Origin: Eukaryota sp. TZLM1-RC
Taxonomy: Eukaryota; Protista; Metamonada: BaSk clade
DNA length: 64,000 bases
Reading direction: 5' to 3'
Assembly: GCA_040285825.1 (NCBI GenBank)
Contig: JAUPSS010000001.1
Span: 1,550,001-1,614,000, forward strand
Part shown: positions 36,361 through 48,926 of the stretch, in pieces
Numbering within the stretch: position 1 is the first letter of the stretch
How the letters are laid out: the number at the start of each line of letters is the position of its first letter
The notes under the pieces: generated by a model
What the model was told of the DNA's origin: nothing
What the model saw: the letters and a program-made list of their open reading frames with translations, nothing else
Databases searched by the model: none
Position numbers and translations under genes: made by a program

Positions 36361-37830
36361 TTAAATTTTTTGCTGACTATTGAAACAAACATCTGAAGTC
36401 ATTGAGGTAACAGAAGCACCTTCAATAGTTTTAATATCAAATTGGAAAGGTTTCAAATGGTCCCTTGTCTTAGTAGAAATTCTGTTAAAAATAAGAGAAG
36501 AAAGCAATCTGGTTAAAGACTCTCCAATAGCAATTGGTCTAACTCCATCAGGTTTGTTACTTTTACCTGGTTTAACTGAAACAACTAACCGGGCAGCAGT
36601 CAATTCAGGTGGGAACATAATTTAAACACATTAAATTTTGAAAATGAACGTCAATATCCTCAGAAATTTCTGGAACATTTTTACAAGCAGTTTTCAACAA
36701 ATCAAAGGAAATGCCTGAAGGACCAGCACCTTTTCCTTTTGGCAATTTAGCAATAGCATTGAATACTTCTTGATCCTGAAAAGGATTTTCGAGCCAATAT
36801 TGACAAATTGAAGGCTTACTTGGGCAAAAAATTTTAGTTGGATGAAGCGCTTTCAGTTTTTCAACAGTGTCAAGATTATTATCAGCCAAATTACCCGAAA
36901 AAATATTTTTTAAACCGCTTCCACATCTACTTCTCAGGAACAATTTTCTTGCTTGAAACGATGAACTGGCTTTACTTTTTTTCGGTTTGTAATTAATTGA
37001 TTTCTTGTACTTTTTGGCAAAGAATTTCCAAAATCTTGTTATGTTCCTTTTGTTTAACTTCAATTGGGAGGAAAAAGAACGCATTTCCCATGACAGAGGA
37101 ACAGAACTGGCAGGACTCACCTCTACAGGAATTTTTATAGGTGCACGAAGAGAATCACTTGATGACAATCAAAACAAAACAAGAGAGAGCGACCAATTGA
37201 AGAATTTGAGAGGAACTTTTTGCAAAAAGAACAATTATGGTTTAAGACAGTATCCGTATGATCAGGAGCAACAGTTTTTGGTACATGAGTTTGATCAATA
37301 TTTAAATCAAAATTAACATCATCAGCGGAACCATTGGACACAGGAGGAAGACTGAGTGCGCATGGAGTTTGTAAACTATTAACAATAGAAATATTTGTTT
37401 TCAGTCTCATTTTTTTAGTAATAACATCATTTTCTAATGTTATGATCAACCTTGCCACATTTCGAACAAGAATACCTTCTTTTTTGAAGAAGAATTTTGA
37501 GAAGAATTTCGAGCATAGCTTGAAGGGTGGGGAGAGTGGAGAAGTGAAGGAGATGAGCTTGTTCTGACTGGTAGAATCTTTGCTTGGGCGTTCCAATCAG
37601 TATCAGAGTCACTATCAGCCAAAGGCATCGTTTTGACAGAGAAACAGTACGACTTTGACGCCTTGACAGAAAGTGAAATATGAGAGGGTTGACTAAGGGA
37701 GGGAGAAAAAAACATGACTTCGAATTAAAATGGAGATTACTTGTTGGAGTTTTTTCAACGCAAATTTTAAAGAATACAAACTTCTGTCTGAAATGTCTTG
37801 AATAGCTATAAGGAAACATGATTGCCATAA
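36361..37830 (-). mobile_element. 5' part of a non-LTR element (CCHC knuckle and N-terminal RT motifs), inverted
   Basis: CSKCGKVDHNIR; AIAKLPKGKGAGPSGISFDLL; ARLVVSVKPGK...VRPIAIGESLTRL; frameshifted. Confidence 0.85.
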
Positions 37831-39075
37831 GTCGGGAGATAAACTGGATATTTCTTCTCGTAAGTTATCAAGGAATAGGCTATTTGTAGCAGCTTTTTTA
37901 GGAGGTGGAAAAAATTTTATTTTTGAATTTTTCCAATGGTTTCCTTTTGATGTTCATCTGATCCATGGTGAATCAAATTTTTATTTGAATTAACTTCAAA
38001 TTGAATTAGATAATTTGCCTAATGATATCTGGATTCAGTGTTTTTTTTTCAAAATGTTCAAGAAATTTCCACCGGATCACTTCCAAATTTACGTTTTTGC
38101 CTGAAAAAGCTTCAGCACCATTTGGCTAAATTATATGAAGGCTTGGATTATGAAGTAAGACTTGGCTTGGCTAAAACTGAACATCCCGCTTTCGGTAATT
38201 ATTTAAAGGACATTCGTGATAGTTCTGCTGCTGCTTTAGTAACTCAAATTCCTTCTGTTTATGGACTTTTGTTAAAAAACAATGAATGGCTTTTAAACAT
38301 GCGTTTTCGTTGTTTTGGCCAAATAATTTGCCCAATCATTTAACATGTAAATGTGGTAAGCCTCTTTTGTTTACTCATCTTTTGAACTGCAAACATTTCA
38401 TTACGTTTAGAAGCAAAGTGCATAATAACGTCAGGGACCAAATTTATGTAATGTACAAATCATATCGAGTAGATTCCTTTTTAGAACCGCTGTTATCAAA
38501 ATTAATTCTTGATGATCCCAATATTGATAGTACGCGTTACAACAGAGCTTCTATGGGTCTGACTAGAGGTGATCTAGTTGTTCCTGGTTTAAATGGTAGT
38601 TTTACTATTTTGGACGCCATGTCTATTGACCCTTGTAATTCCTCTAACGAACATCTCATTAACTCGAATGTAAATAATCCTCTTCTTGCAGGCGAAAAAT
38701 ATAAAATTGCTAAATATGCGAAACCCATTTCCTCGGTTAATGAAAATTCTCATGCCCAATATAATTTATGTCCATTTGTTTTTTCTTTGCTTGGATCTCT
38801 AGGTAAGGCTGCTATGGCTTTCCTCGATGATTTTGTTGTAGTTGTAAAGGAAAGAACTGGAAGAATTTTCAATCGTGTTTACTGGCAAAACAGGATTGTA
38901 TTTTCTATTTTTAAGGGAATGGTAAATCTAATTTCTGATTCACTCTCTTCTTTTGGGAAATTTTCTGAATCTTTAGCAATTAATTGTTTTGATGTAGGGG
39001 AGACAGGTTTTGAGGATGTGGAGTTTTAATTGTGTATTTTATGTTTTCATATTTCTTGTTGAATGAATAAGAGTT
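37831..39075 (+). mobile_element. 3' part of an RLE non-LTR element (zinc knuckle plus endonuclease)
   Basis: AAFLGGGKNF; CKCGKPLLFTHLLNC, RSKVHNNVRD, RGDLVVPG, KYKIAKY, WQNRIVFSIFKG; homologous to 1-1153. Confidence 0.88.
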
Positions 39076-39706
39076 TTAATCGGTGAATTATGATTCTCTT
39101 GCAAAAATATCGCGGCACCAGCATGTGAAAGCTTCAAAAGCTGGTCTTTTACAGATGGATCTGATTGTAGACTTTGGAATGAGTAATTTTTTTGCAATTA
39201 GATGCAACTAGTAGTAACTAATCTTCATGTAGAAACTTTAATGACTCAAAGAATGATGATGACTCAAGAAACCAAAAACACTGAATTTGATGATAACAAT
39301 TCAAGACACTGATGCATACTCTTCAATTTTTGTCCACTATACATCTCCTGTTACATATAAAATCATAACTTACAAATCGAGACCATTTTCCTTCTTTTCA
39401 TCAGTTCTTTGTGAAAAGAATGAATTCATGTCTCAACTCAGTCGCAAGTGAAGCATAATTTTCATTATGCTTTGTGTGATAAAGTAAGTCATAATAAACA
39501 ATAAAAATTAGAAAATCAGGTAGAATGTTAACAACTGCATCTCCAATTGAATCATCTCTCCATTCAGCACTATCATAAACTTTGGGAATTTGATAACTTG
39601 GACAACTGCATAAGATGTGACATTACTTTGCTGTTCAGATTGGCATAATGAGCGCACTGAAACCAATAATTAAGATCCATCAGGCATTTTCCAACAAATT
39701 TTCCGG

Positions 39707-40490
39707 AAGAATTAAAAACAAACATGATAAGTGCTGGAACTAGAACAGTCAACATAACTATCAATGATGATCAGCGTTTATTCTTAAGAATTAAAAACAA
39801 ACATGATAAGTGCTGGAACTAGAACAGTCAACATAACTATCAATGATGATCAGCGTTTATTCTTAAGAATTAAAAACAAACATGATAAGTGCTGGAACTG
39901 GAACAGTCAACATAACTGTCAATGATGATCAGCGTTTATTCTTAAGAATTAAAAACAAACATGATAAGTGCTGGAACTAGAACAGTCAACATAACTATCA
40001 ATGATGATCAGCGTTTATTCTTAAGAATTAAAAACAAACATGATAAGTGCTGGAACTGGAACAGTCAACATAACTGTCAATGATGATCAGCGTTTATTCT
40101 TAAGAATTAAAAACAAACATGATAAGTGCTGGAACTAGAACAGTCAACATAACTATCAATGATGATCAGCGTTTATTCTTAAGAATTAAAAACAAACATG
40201 ATAAGTGCTGGAACTGGAACAGTCAACATAACTGTCAATGATGATCAGCGTTTATTCTTAAGAATTAAAAACAAACATGATAAGTGCTGGAACTAGAACA
40301 GTCAACATAACTATCAATGATGATCAGCGTTTATTCTTAAGAATTAAAAACAAACATGATAAGTGCTTGAACTAGAACAGTCAACATAACTATCAATGAT
40401 GATCAGCGTTTATTCTTAAGAATTAAAAACAAACATGATAAGTGCTGGAACTAGAACAGTCAACATAACTATCAATGATGATCAGCGTTT
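39707..40490. repeat. 79-bp tandem array, ~10 copies, with an alternating two-variant higher-order pattern
   Basis: Unit starts at 39707, 39786, 39865 ... 40418; variants A (ACTAG/ACTATC) and B (ACTGG/ACTGTC) in the order A A B A B A B A A' A. Confidence 0.97.
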
Positions 40491-41146
40491 TCTAGAAGAT
40501 TTAAATCTGATTTCGCGTCAGAATCGTAAATAATTATTTTGAATTTTAAAAACATATAATATTCAACAAAGAAGAGATACAGTCAAGAAATGTAGAGTAC
40601 AATCAACAATAAATAATGCTAAAGTAGTAAAACTAAACAGTCAAATTCAAGTAAATTGATAGGTATATTTTAAAGTTAACTGAACATTTTGCTACTGCTC
40701 TATATGAATATAACCATTCAAGCGCAAACCTTTTTTCCCTTCAAAGTTGTATCTGGAATTTCGAATCATTTCAAGCAAAATTTATGTTAAATGTAATTGA
40801 TAATTGTTGTGATCACTATATAGTGGTTGAACAGGCAAGTACACCTCAGCCAGGTTATTGGTTGTTTTGTCTTATATCAGTACTTTGAATAAATACGACA
40901 ATCTTCGGGTGTTCTTCTTCATCAGTAGCACCGTGTGTGGCAATGAATAAATACATTGTAATTTGCAAAAGACATTAGTGAACAACATACTGGGCATCGT
41001 TGTTGAATGTTGACAGCATAATTATAACTACATTAGTTTTACCTAAGTGCCGCTGATGATAACATTAACACTATCCAGAAATTAGTGAGATTGTGTTTGA
41101 ATGAAGAAAACAAATTGGAAACAAACTTGGATCTACACCTGTTTTA

Positions 41147-42937
41147 ATGGATCAGTCTCCTTCTGTAGAGCTCCCTCTACCTCCTCCCTTCTTCTCTGAA
41201 TGTTTACGGTTCTTGGCTAACACATGTACCGACTTTGGTGATTTTTCGAAAACACCATCTGAGGCTGAGGTGAATCGTCTTCGTGAGGCGTTCAAAGCCT
41301 GGCAACAAAAGGAAAACCCTGAACCCTTTGAAAGCTTTCTCATTCATCCCCATGTTGTTTGCCACTTCCTCATCTCATATTGTACCAAACACAATCCTCC
41401 TCTCATCTCTACTGCTTTAGGCCAGGAAATGATCAATCTCTGCAACCGCTCATCCGATGACGTCTACCGTGAACGTGCCCTTCTTCAGCTTTTCACCCTC
41501 CTTCCTCCCATCTCCCGTGCTGTCCTAGGCTCCCTCCTTCGCTTCCTCTACGAGTTTTGCCAGTTCCATCCCCAGCTCTGCCATATTGAAGACTTTGACA
41601 AAGACACCAGAGTTTTAGCATTGTTCCGTAAGTGGGGAGGCATTGTGTTTTGCGCTCTTGAACCGACTGATTCCGCCCTTGCCATCCTTTCTCAAGCCAC
41701 AATGCTATTGGGAAAGGCCGTTTCCATCTACACCACCAGCCAATCTTTTTTCCAGCACAAAACAAGAACTTTATCTATTGCTAATAATAGTAACAAAACC
41801 AGACTGAATTCTTTAAAAGCCCTTGGAGAAATCAAAACCGAAGAACCCATGCATAGTGACGTCGATTCGTTACATTTATTGTCCAATGTACGTACCGTGG
41901 TTCTTGAAGATACTATTTACATTGGCCCAGTTGATAGTAGTAATAAACCACATGGTACTGGTACTTTGATTAGTACGGATGGAGGTTATTTTGTAGGGAA
42001 GTTTGATCATGGGAAGAGATCAGGACTAGGAACCATAGTAGGTGGTGATGATAGAGTTATGGTTGCTACTTATAAGAGTGATAAGGTAAATGGAAGGGTA
42101 GCAGAAGTCTTGATGAGTCAAGAAGAAGGTCAAAAAGATTTTGACCTATTTACTGGTATTTTGAATGAGAAGGGAGAACGTGATGGCCCAGGTGTTTCTC
42201 TACAGGTCAATTCCAGTCAATCAAATTCCCTATCAGTTGCTTCTGGTCAGTGGAATGGATCAAAATTAAATGGCATTGCAAACGTCATTACTGACGATAC
42301 CTTCTTCTCTGGGGAAATGGACAGTAATGGTGAAAGATCTGGCCTTGCTCGGGTCCTATCTTCGCATGGTATTTTTGAAGGTAATCTTTCTAAGGGAATT
42401 CCAAGTGGTAAAGGCAGTTGGTTTGGTAGTGACGGAGAGAGATTCTATGGTGAATTTAAAAATGGTATTCGAGATGGTCTTGGAACTTGCCAATATGCAG
42501 ATGGTTCTGTTTACAAGGGGTCATTTTTCGAGGGAGTCTTCCACGGTCAAGGAGAATTAACAAGACCTAATGGTGAATCTTATAAGGGATTATTTGCAAA
42601 GGGACATCGCCATGGGAATGGTGTTTTTGAAGATGTAATCAGAGGGTATAAATACGAGGGTAGTTGGAGTGGTAACAAAAAACATGGTGAAGGTATTGAA
42701 GTAATTAATGGTATAACACATAAAGGGACTTGGATTGACGGTAAGCGAACGGGCAGCTTTGTTGTTACATTTGAGAATATTGTTGATCTTGAAGTTGAGT
42801 TGGCTTGTAATTTTAAGGAAGGAAAGCTTTCAGGATTAGGTCGAGCTTCTAGTGTGTTTGGTTCGGTAAAAAAGGATGCCAGTGTTCTTTACAGTGACTT
42901 GGCAAAAGGAAATGTACCTGAAGAATTGTATGAATAG
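41147..42937 (+). CDS. RhoGAP-like domain fused to MORN repeats
   Basis: N-terminal HVVCHFLISYC...PPLIS and LPPISRAVLGSLLRFL (RhoGAP fold); many Y/F-x-G-x-F/W-xx-G-x-R/K-H-G-x-G MORN repeats. Confidence 0.8.
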   Translation: MDQSPSVELPLPPPFFSECLRFLANTCTDFGDFSKTPSEAEVNRLREAFKAWQQKENPEPFESFLIHPHVVCHFLISYCTKHNPPLISTALGQEMINLCNRSSDDVYRERALLQLFTLLPPISRAVLGSLLRFLYEFCQFHPQLCHIEDFDKDTRVLALFRKWGGIVFCALEPTDSALAILSQATMLLGKAVSIYTTSQSFFQHKTRTLSIANNSNKTRLNSLKALGEIKTEEPMHSDVDSLHLLSNVRTVVLEDTIYIGPVDSSNKPHGTGTLISTDGGYFVGKFDHGKRSGLGTIVGGDDRVMVATYKSDKVNGRVAEVLMSQEEGQKDFDLFTGILNEKGERDGPGVSLQVNSSQSNSLSVASGQWNGSKLNGIANVITDDTFFSGEMDSNGERSGLARVLSSHGIFEGNLSKGIPSGKGSWFGSDGERFYGEFKNGIRDGLGTCQYADGSVYKGSFFEGVFHGQGELTRPNGESYKGLFAKGHRHGNGVFEDVIRGYKYEGSWSGNKKHGEGIEVINGITHKGTWIDGKRTGSFVVTFENIVDLEVELACNFKEGKLSGLGRASSVFGSVKKDASVLYSDLAKGNVPEELYE

Positions 42938-43373
42938 TGTTGTATTTTTATCTGTTATGTTTGATGGATTTGTCAGTAAATAATTTTTTAAGTGGAAAGT
43001 TTTTGAATTTCTGTAGATTACATTTTTGCTGCATTAGACAGTTCTTCGCATTTAGTAGAAGTAAATGGTCTAAAAAATCATAAAATCTTTGTAGGAAAGA
43101 CTGATAATATTATTGCAAACATTATATTAACTGTCCCGTCTTTTAGTTGATGGAAATTGTAAAATGTGAATGTTCCAGGAATAAAACTTTTTTAGTACAA
43201 ATATTGTTCAAATTTCAGCACTGGTGTATAATTTAGCACTGACTTGTTTGCTTTTTGTTTCAATAATCATAGTCAGAATATCAACAGTATTGGTTATTAG
43301 TTGTTTTGCAAATACTTGTATCTTCGATTTTCCTGGATTTGCAATGTGGTTTGAAAATGGACCATATAGTTTG

Positions 43374-43940
43374 ATGAAATTCTACCTCTTGCTCTCATGG
43401 TCATTCATTGTCATTGTCTTTGGATGCAATCATTCCATACCTTCATCGGATTGCAGCATATCTGGAGGAACATCGCCTACATGTAGGAGAGAATCGTTCA
43501 GTTTGGATGGGGTTACACGTTATTATGCCCACTGTTTCGCCAATGGTGCCCGTTCATGCTCCCAAACATATTACAGTAGCTCCTGTGACGTTGAGGGTCA
43601 TAATAACGCACGTTGTGGGATTGCCACTCCATCTATCGGAGCTGTCACTCATATCATTGCTTCCTGTGAATCTAATGGAGCTAGGCGCTGTTCACAACAA
43701 TTGCGCCATAATCAATGTAGTATTATAGGGGAAGATGCCAACTGTTCTACTGATTTTATTAGGGGTAGGTCTAATTACCTTGTAGCTACATGCGAGGCTC
43801 ACAATGCCATTCAGTGCTCCATTACATGTGGAGCCAAGTCGTGTGAGCAACTTTGTCCTGAACCTAGCTTTTCTGCCATGTGTAAATGTATAACTGATGA
43901 TCAAGGTGGTCTTTCAGCGAAATGTGGTTGTGGTCATTAG
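43374..43940 (+). CDS. Small secreted cysteine-rich protein with three internal repeats
   Basis: ATG 43374 gives an MKFYLLLSWSFIVIVFG signal; repeats YYAHCFANGARSCSQ / HIIASCESNGARRCSQ / YLVATCEAHNAIQCSI; Cys-rich tail. Confidence 0.7.
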   Translation: MKFYLLLSWSFIVIVFGCNHSIPSSDCSISGGTSPTCRRESFSLDGVTRYYAHCFANGARSCSQTYYSSSCDVEGHNNARCGIATPSIGAVTHIIASCESNGARRCSQQLRHNQCSIIGEDANCSTDFIRGRSNYLVATCEAHNAIQCSITCGAKSCEQLCPEPSFSAMCKCITDDQGGLSAKCGCGH

Positions 43941-44219
43941 ATTGTTGTCGTTCAATGATTTGTTTGTATTTATAAAAAAATCTTGGTTGATGGTTGTTAT
44001 GATTGCTGGTGTTGTGCGAAGTTTGAAGCAATTTGAATTGCATAATAAAGCACTTAGTTCATTGGTCGATCTATACATTGTGACAAAGGATACGATAACG
44101 ATAGATGTTGATAAAGATTTGTTGATGACGAACATCATTATTGAGTTTCATATTTGTACTTCATATATGTGATTCATTGGTGATGTTAAAAACATAGCAT
44201 TTATTAGTGAAGTAGGCTA

Positions 44220-44410
44220 CAATCTTTTTTTTAAACTGGAATATTTATTGAGATAAAAAAACCCATCTAGAATTCAATATCCTCCAAACAAGCGTCACTA
44301 TTACTAAACCTACTCACAGCATTACGTTCATATTCTACACCAATAGCTAAAAGTGCCTTTGAAATCATTGTTGGAATAGACTTGAAAATGCAAAAAACAA
44401 TTCAATCTTT
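44220..44410 (-). mobile_element. Recent 5'-truncated copy (~175 bp plus A-tail) of the element at 1-1197, with 8-bp TSD
   Basis: Reverse complement nearly identical to 1017-1190; CAATCTTT at 44220-44227 and 44403-44410. Confidence 0.9.
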
Positions 44411-44734
44411 GAACATCAATTAATTACTTCCTCAAAGGAGAGTAATCTGCACCTACATTGTGAAACACTCTTTGAGTGAGACCACCAACCAAGGCCTTTA
44501 TACAAGCTGAACACAATTCGAGTGGGGTAAAAATTTGTGTTAAATAATGGGCTTTTTAAATGATGAAATCATTACAAACATTGAACAGTAGAGTTACCCT
44601 CAGGACATAAACATTCATCTAATGAAATAGCAAAACCATTGAATCTCACAATTTTTCCACACAGAGTATCTCACTAGATTATCATGGAAATCGCGACATT
44701 ATCAAATGTGAGAATAAAGTGTCAGAACTATAAA

Positions 44735-44980
44735 TTAGTGTATGAACCAAGATTTCCTCTGCAAAATCCTGATCTGCTTGTTTTCTCGCCATTGCTTCTC
44801 TTATTCGCTGAAACAACCGAGGTTATCTATTAATAATAAAATTCTTGAATTTGTGGCCAACACATAAGGACATCAAATTTCTCTATTCTATTTTCTTGAA
44901 CCATTGTTTGGAAATCATTTTAAAAAATTTGCTGCTTCTACTGGTAATCTTCCATTGATAGAAAATGGAAAAATCATCAA
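44735..44980 (-). mobile_element. 3'-end fragment of an RLE non-LTR element
   Basis: Reverse complement encodes FPFSINGRLPVEAANF...INR..RLFQRIREAMARKQADQDFAEEILVH, same family as 21407-21729. Confidence 0.75.
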
Positions 44981-45050
44981 AACAAGTGGTCTGAAATCAA
45001 AGTGATAATCAAATAAATGATAAAGAAATTCCTCCCACATTAAATCAAAC

Positions 45051-45648
45051 ATGGTATGGATGTCTTTCATATATCTCAACGCAGCTAGTTCTTGTTATTG
45101 GAGACTTCCACATCCCTCATCGTGCTGCCGATCTTCCTTCTAAATTCAAATCTTTACTTGTTCCAGATAAAATCAACCACATTCTATGTACTGGCAATCT
45201 CTGCACTCAATCTACTTATGAATACCTTCGTTCTCTTTCTTCCGACCTCCACATCGTCAGGGGTGACTTTGATGATCTCACTACTCTTCCTGAACAGAAG
45301 ATTGTTACCCTCGGAGATCTCAAGGTTGGTCTTACCCATGGCCATCAAGTAGTTCCTTGGGGAGACCCAGAGGCCCTTGCCATTACCATGAGACAACTCA
45401 ACTGTGATATTCTTGTCACTGGACACACTCATGAGAAACTCATTGCAGAAGTAGAAGGTAGACTCATTATCAATCCTGGATCTGCCACTGGTGCTTCTCA
45501 TCCCCTCAAAGGTGAATGTACTCCTTCTTTTGCTTTGTTAGACGTCAAGGGAAGTCAAGTGACTATCTTCTGTTATGAATGGATAGCACCTGATGATTTC
45601 AAAGTATCAAAAACTGTATGGAAGAAGGGTGAAGGTTTAGTTCAGTAA
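45051..45648 (+). CDS. VPS29: Retromer subunit VPS29; exons 45051-45053 and 45085-45648
   Basis: ATG, a 31-nt GTATGG...CGCAG intron, then LVLVIGDFHIPHRAADLPSKFKSLLVP.KI.HILCTGNLC, VRGDFD, HGHQVVPWGD, GHTH and INPGSATGA. Confidence 0.96.
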
Positions 45649-46036
45649 ATTGTGAATATAATTTATAATAAATCCATGTATTTGAATCTTTATTTGTTTT
45701 TCGTGGATAAACATACTCAGGAATAGGGTCTCTGTGGTCACATTTTTTGACAGAATTTTGTGGTCTGGGATTACAGATTGAAGTGGAAAAACACAAATTA
45801 CTAAATTGTTTAAACTGCGATTTTTTCCATGAATTCACCATTTTCCTATCGAGTCAAAAATTGTTGAGTTACCATTGGTGAATTAATTGCTTTAAAAACA
45901 ATACAAAGGTAGCGAAATTGCGAAATTATTGGGTTCCCATCATTAATATATTGAATAATACAAATGGAGGTTGATGAAGATCCACAGAGCAAAAGCAAAT
46001 ACAAATATTTATTCTAATAAATTCAATAAACAAAAA

Positions 46037-47434
46037 CTACCACAAGGGATGATCCCAAATGTAATCTAATAATAAATCAATTAAGGAACTGGCCGCAATA
46101 CCAATAGCAACAGCCAAAGCAGTCATATTAATACCATATTCTCTATCCTTTTGGTTCAATTTATTGGTAGATAAAAGAATGTGGAAGGTATTGATGTAAC
46201 TACAACCACCAAGCAGACCAGTCCATAGAACAATACCTAACAAACCAAGAGGTGGGATATAACGTAAATAATCTTGTGTTAAAAATAAACAGAAATTAAT
46301 AAATTGAAATAATGTTATCGTTCCAATATAAGGAATATGAACAACGGGCAGTGAACTCCTAGAAATTAGGACGGTAATTTGATAAGCTACTTGAACAATT
46401 TTGTAAAAATGTTTCAGTACAAATTCTGATAAATCTTTAGGCTTAATTACTTCAGACTCGTCCAATGCATTTCTGGCCAAAGTTGTGATAATAACATATT
46501 CCAAAATATAAACCATAAACAAATTGAAAGTTTCATACTTAATTGTTGTGAGAACTCTCCAAAATCTAGCAAAACCAGCATCCTTTACATCATTACTTGG
46601 ATCCTCAGAATCTTCCAACAAAGGTGTATTATCAGTAGGAGATTGGTTGAGCACCATTGATTGTTCTAATTTGGCTACTAACTGAGGTTGATTCTTTGCT
46701 AATCTTCTTGGATCACTATCACCGAGCCTAAAGGTCTCTTTACAAAATATAAATCCTTGTTTAATTACCGGAACTGGAGGAGCAATCATAAAGAAAAACC
46801 CAATAATATAGACTAATACTGTTGGAAGCAAGTACATGAATGCAACATCATCAGAGACTTCAAATAGTTGAGCTACAAGGGAATAACCTGCTCCTGTCAC
46901 TCCAGAAAGACCAGTTCCTAAAGTAAATAAAAGAAAAGGAAAACCAAACCAGTTCCCCAAGCAGATACAAGTTTGTAATCTCCAGGGTATTGTTTCAAGA
47001 AACAAAGAATGATGGATTCGCCCATTGCACTGCGATGACGTGGTATGACGTGGCATACCTTGCTGAGCCCATGGCAATGACACAACCAAGCATAAACCAG
47101 AAATTGAAACGTTCGATAAAGGCCATGCCAATTAGACCTGTAGTCATAAGAAATGTGTTGAAGAGAATTCTAGAAGTGTAAGATATTGAGTTGAGAAACC
47201 AAGTGTTGATGATTCTAGCGAGGACACCAATGCCGACATTACAAAAGAGAATCAATCCCATCAGGGAGTCCTTGTGGAAGTATCGAGCGAGCGAGGGGGC
47301 AGCAGAGATCACAACACAATAGGATGAAGTGAGATGTATTTGAATATCATACGAAGGTTGTTGATTGTGCCAGCAATCATGAGGCCAATCCATGAGCGCG
47401 TGTAAGGAAAGTTGTCCTTGGCCATTATTGGCAT
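46037..47434 (-). CDS. CLN3: CLN3/battenin (BTN1) family lysosomal membrane protein; introns 47352-47324, 47058-47030 and 46949-46918
   Basis: Spliced product contains INNLPYCVVISAA, MGESIIL, SAWGTGTGLSGVTGA, YILEYVI, YQITVLISRSS and GLLGGCSYINTF, all CLN3-family motifs. Introns are 29, 29 and 32 nt; the first ends in AT. Confidence 0.88.
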
Positions 47435-47488
47435 TTGGGGTCGAATGAAGGTAAGATATTTAATTGGTTTAATTCTTCTTGATACAAA

Positions 47489-48524
<1,036 letters not shown>

Positions 48525-48579
48525 TTTTTTTTGATATCGTTATAGGAATTAAATAGCTTTATAAGTCTTTTTTACGTTT

Positions 48580-48825
48580 CATTATTGAAGCAAGTAATTT
48601 TGGACTTGCTCACCATTACCATTCAGTTTGACGGTTTGGGATATTGCGTTGAACAAAAACAATTAAATTGCGTTGTCTGGCACAATAGAATTGTTTTAAG
48701 TATGCTCAAAGCAACCTGATGTGATAACCACAGCACTGTTAGAGTTGGGAATAAAAAATGAAAATCGCTTACTAAAAGGATTTAATAATGTTGCGTCTAT
48801 TCAGGATATTGAATTTAAAATTTTG
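48580..48825 (+). mobile_element. Degenerate 3' end of an RLE non-LTR element
   Basis: WHNRIVLSMLKA...SIQDIEF matches the C-terminus of ORF 80-1153. Confidence 0.6.
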
Positions 48826-48831
48826 TCAATT

Positions 48832-48926
48832 TGTTGCCATAGGTGGCAAAAGTGGTTGAGATAAAGATAATGAGGAAAAGTTGATTTATTTTCTAATCAT
48901 AACATATAAGCCCAAGGGCGCCAACA
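48832..48926 (-). mobile_element. Solo LTR of gypsy family B with 4-bp TSD AATT
   Basis: Similar to 58495-58575 with a small insertion; AATT at 48828-48831 and 48927-48930. Confidence 0.75.

Noticed and set aside
39707-40490. Possible CRISPR array
   Set aside because: Whole 79-bp units repeat with no unique spacers; no cas genes; eukaryotic context.
45466-45490. Second 2A-like NPG motif
   Set aside because: It is the conserved INPGS motif of VPS29, lacking DxE and the final Pro.
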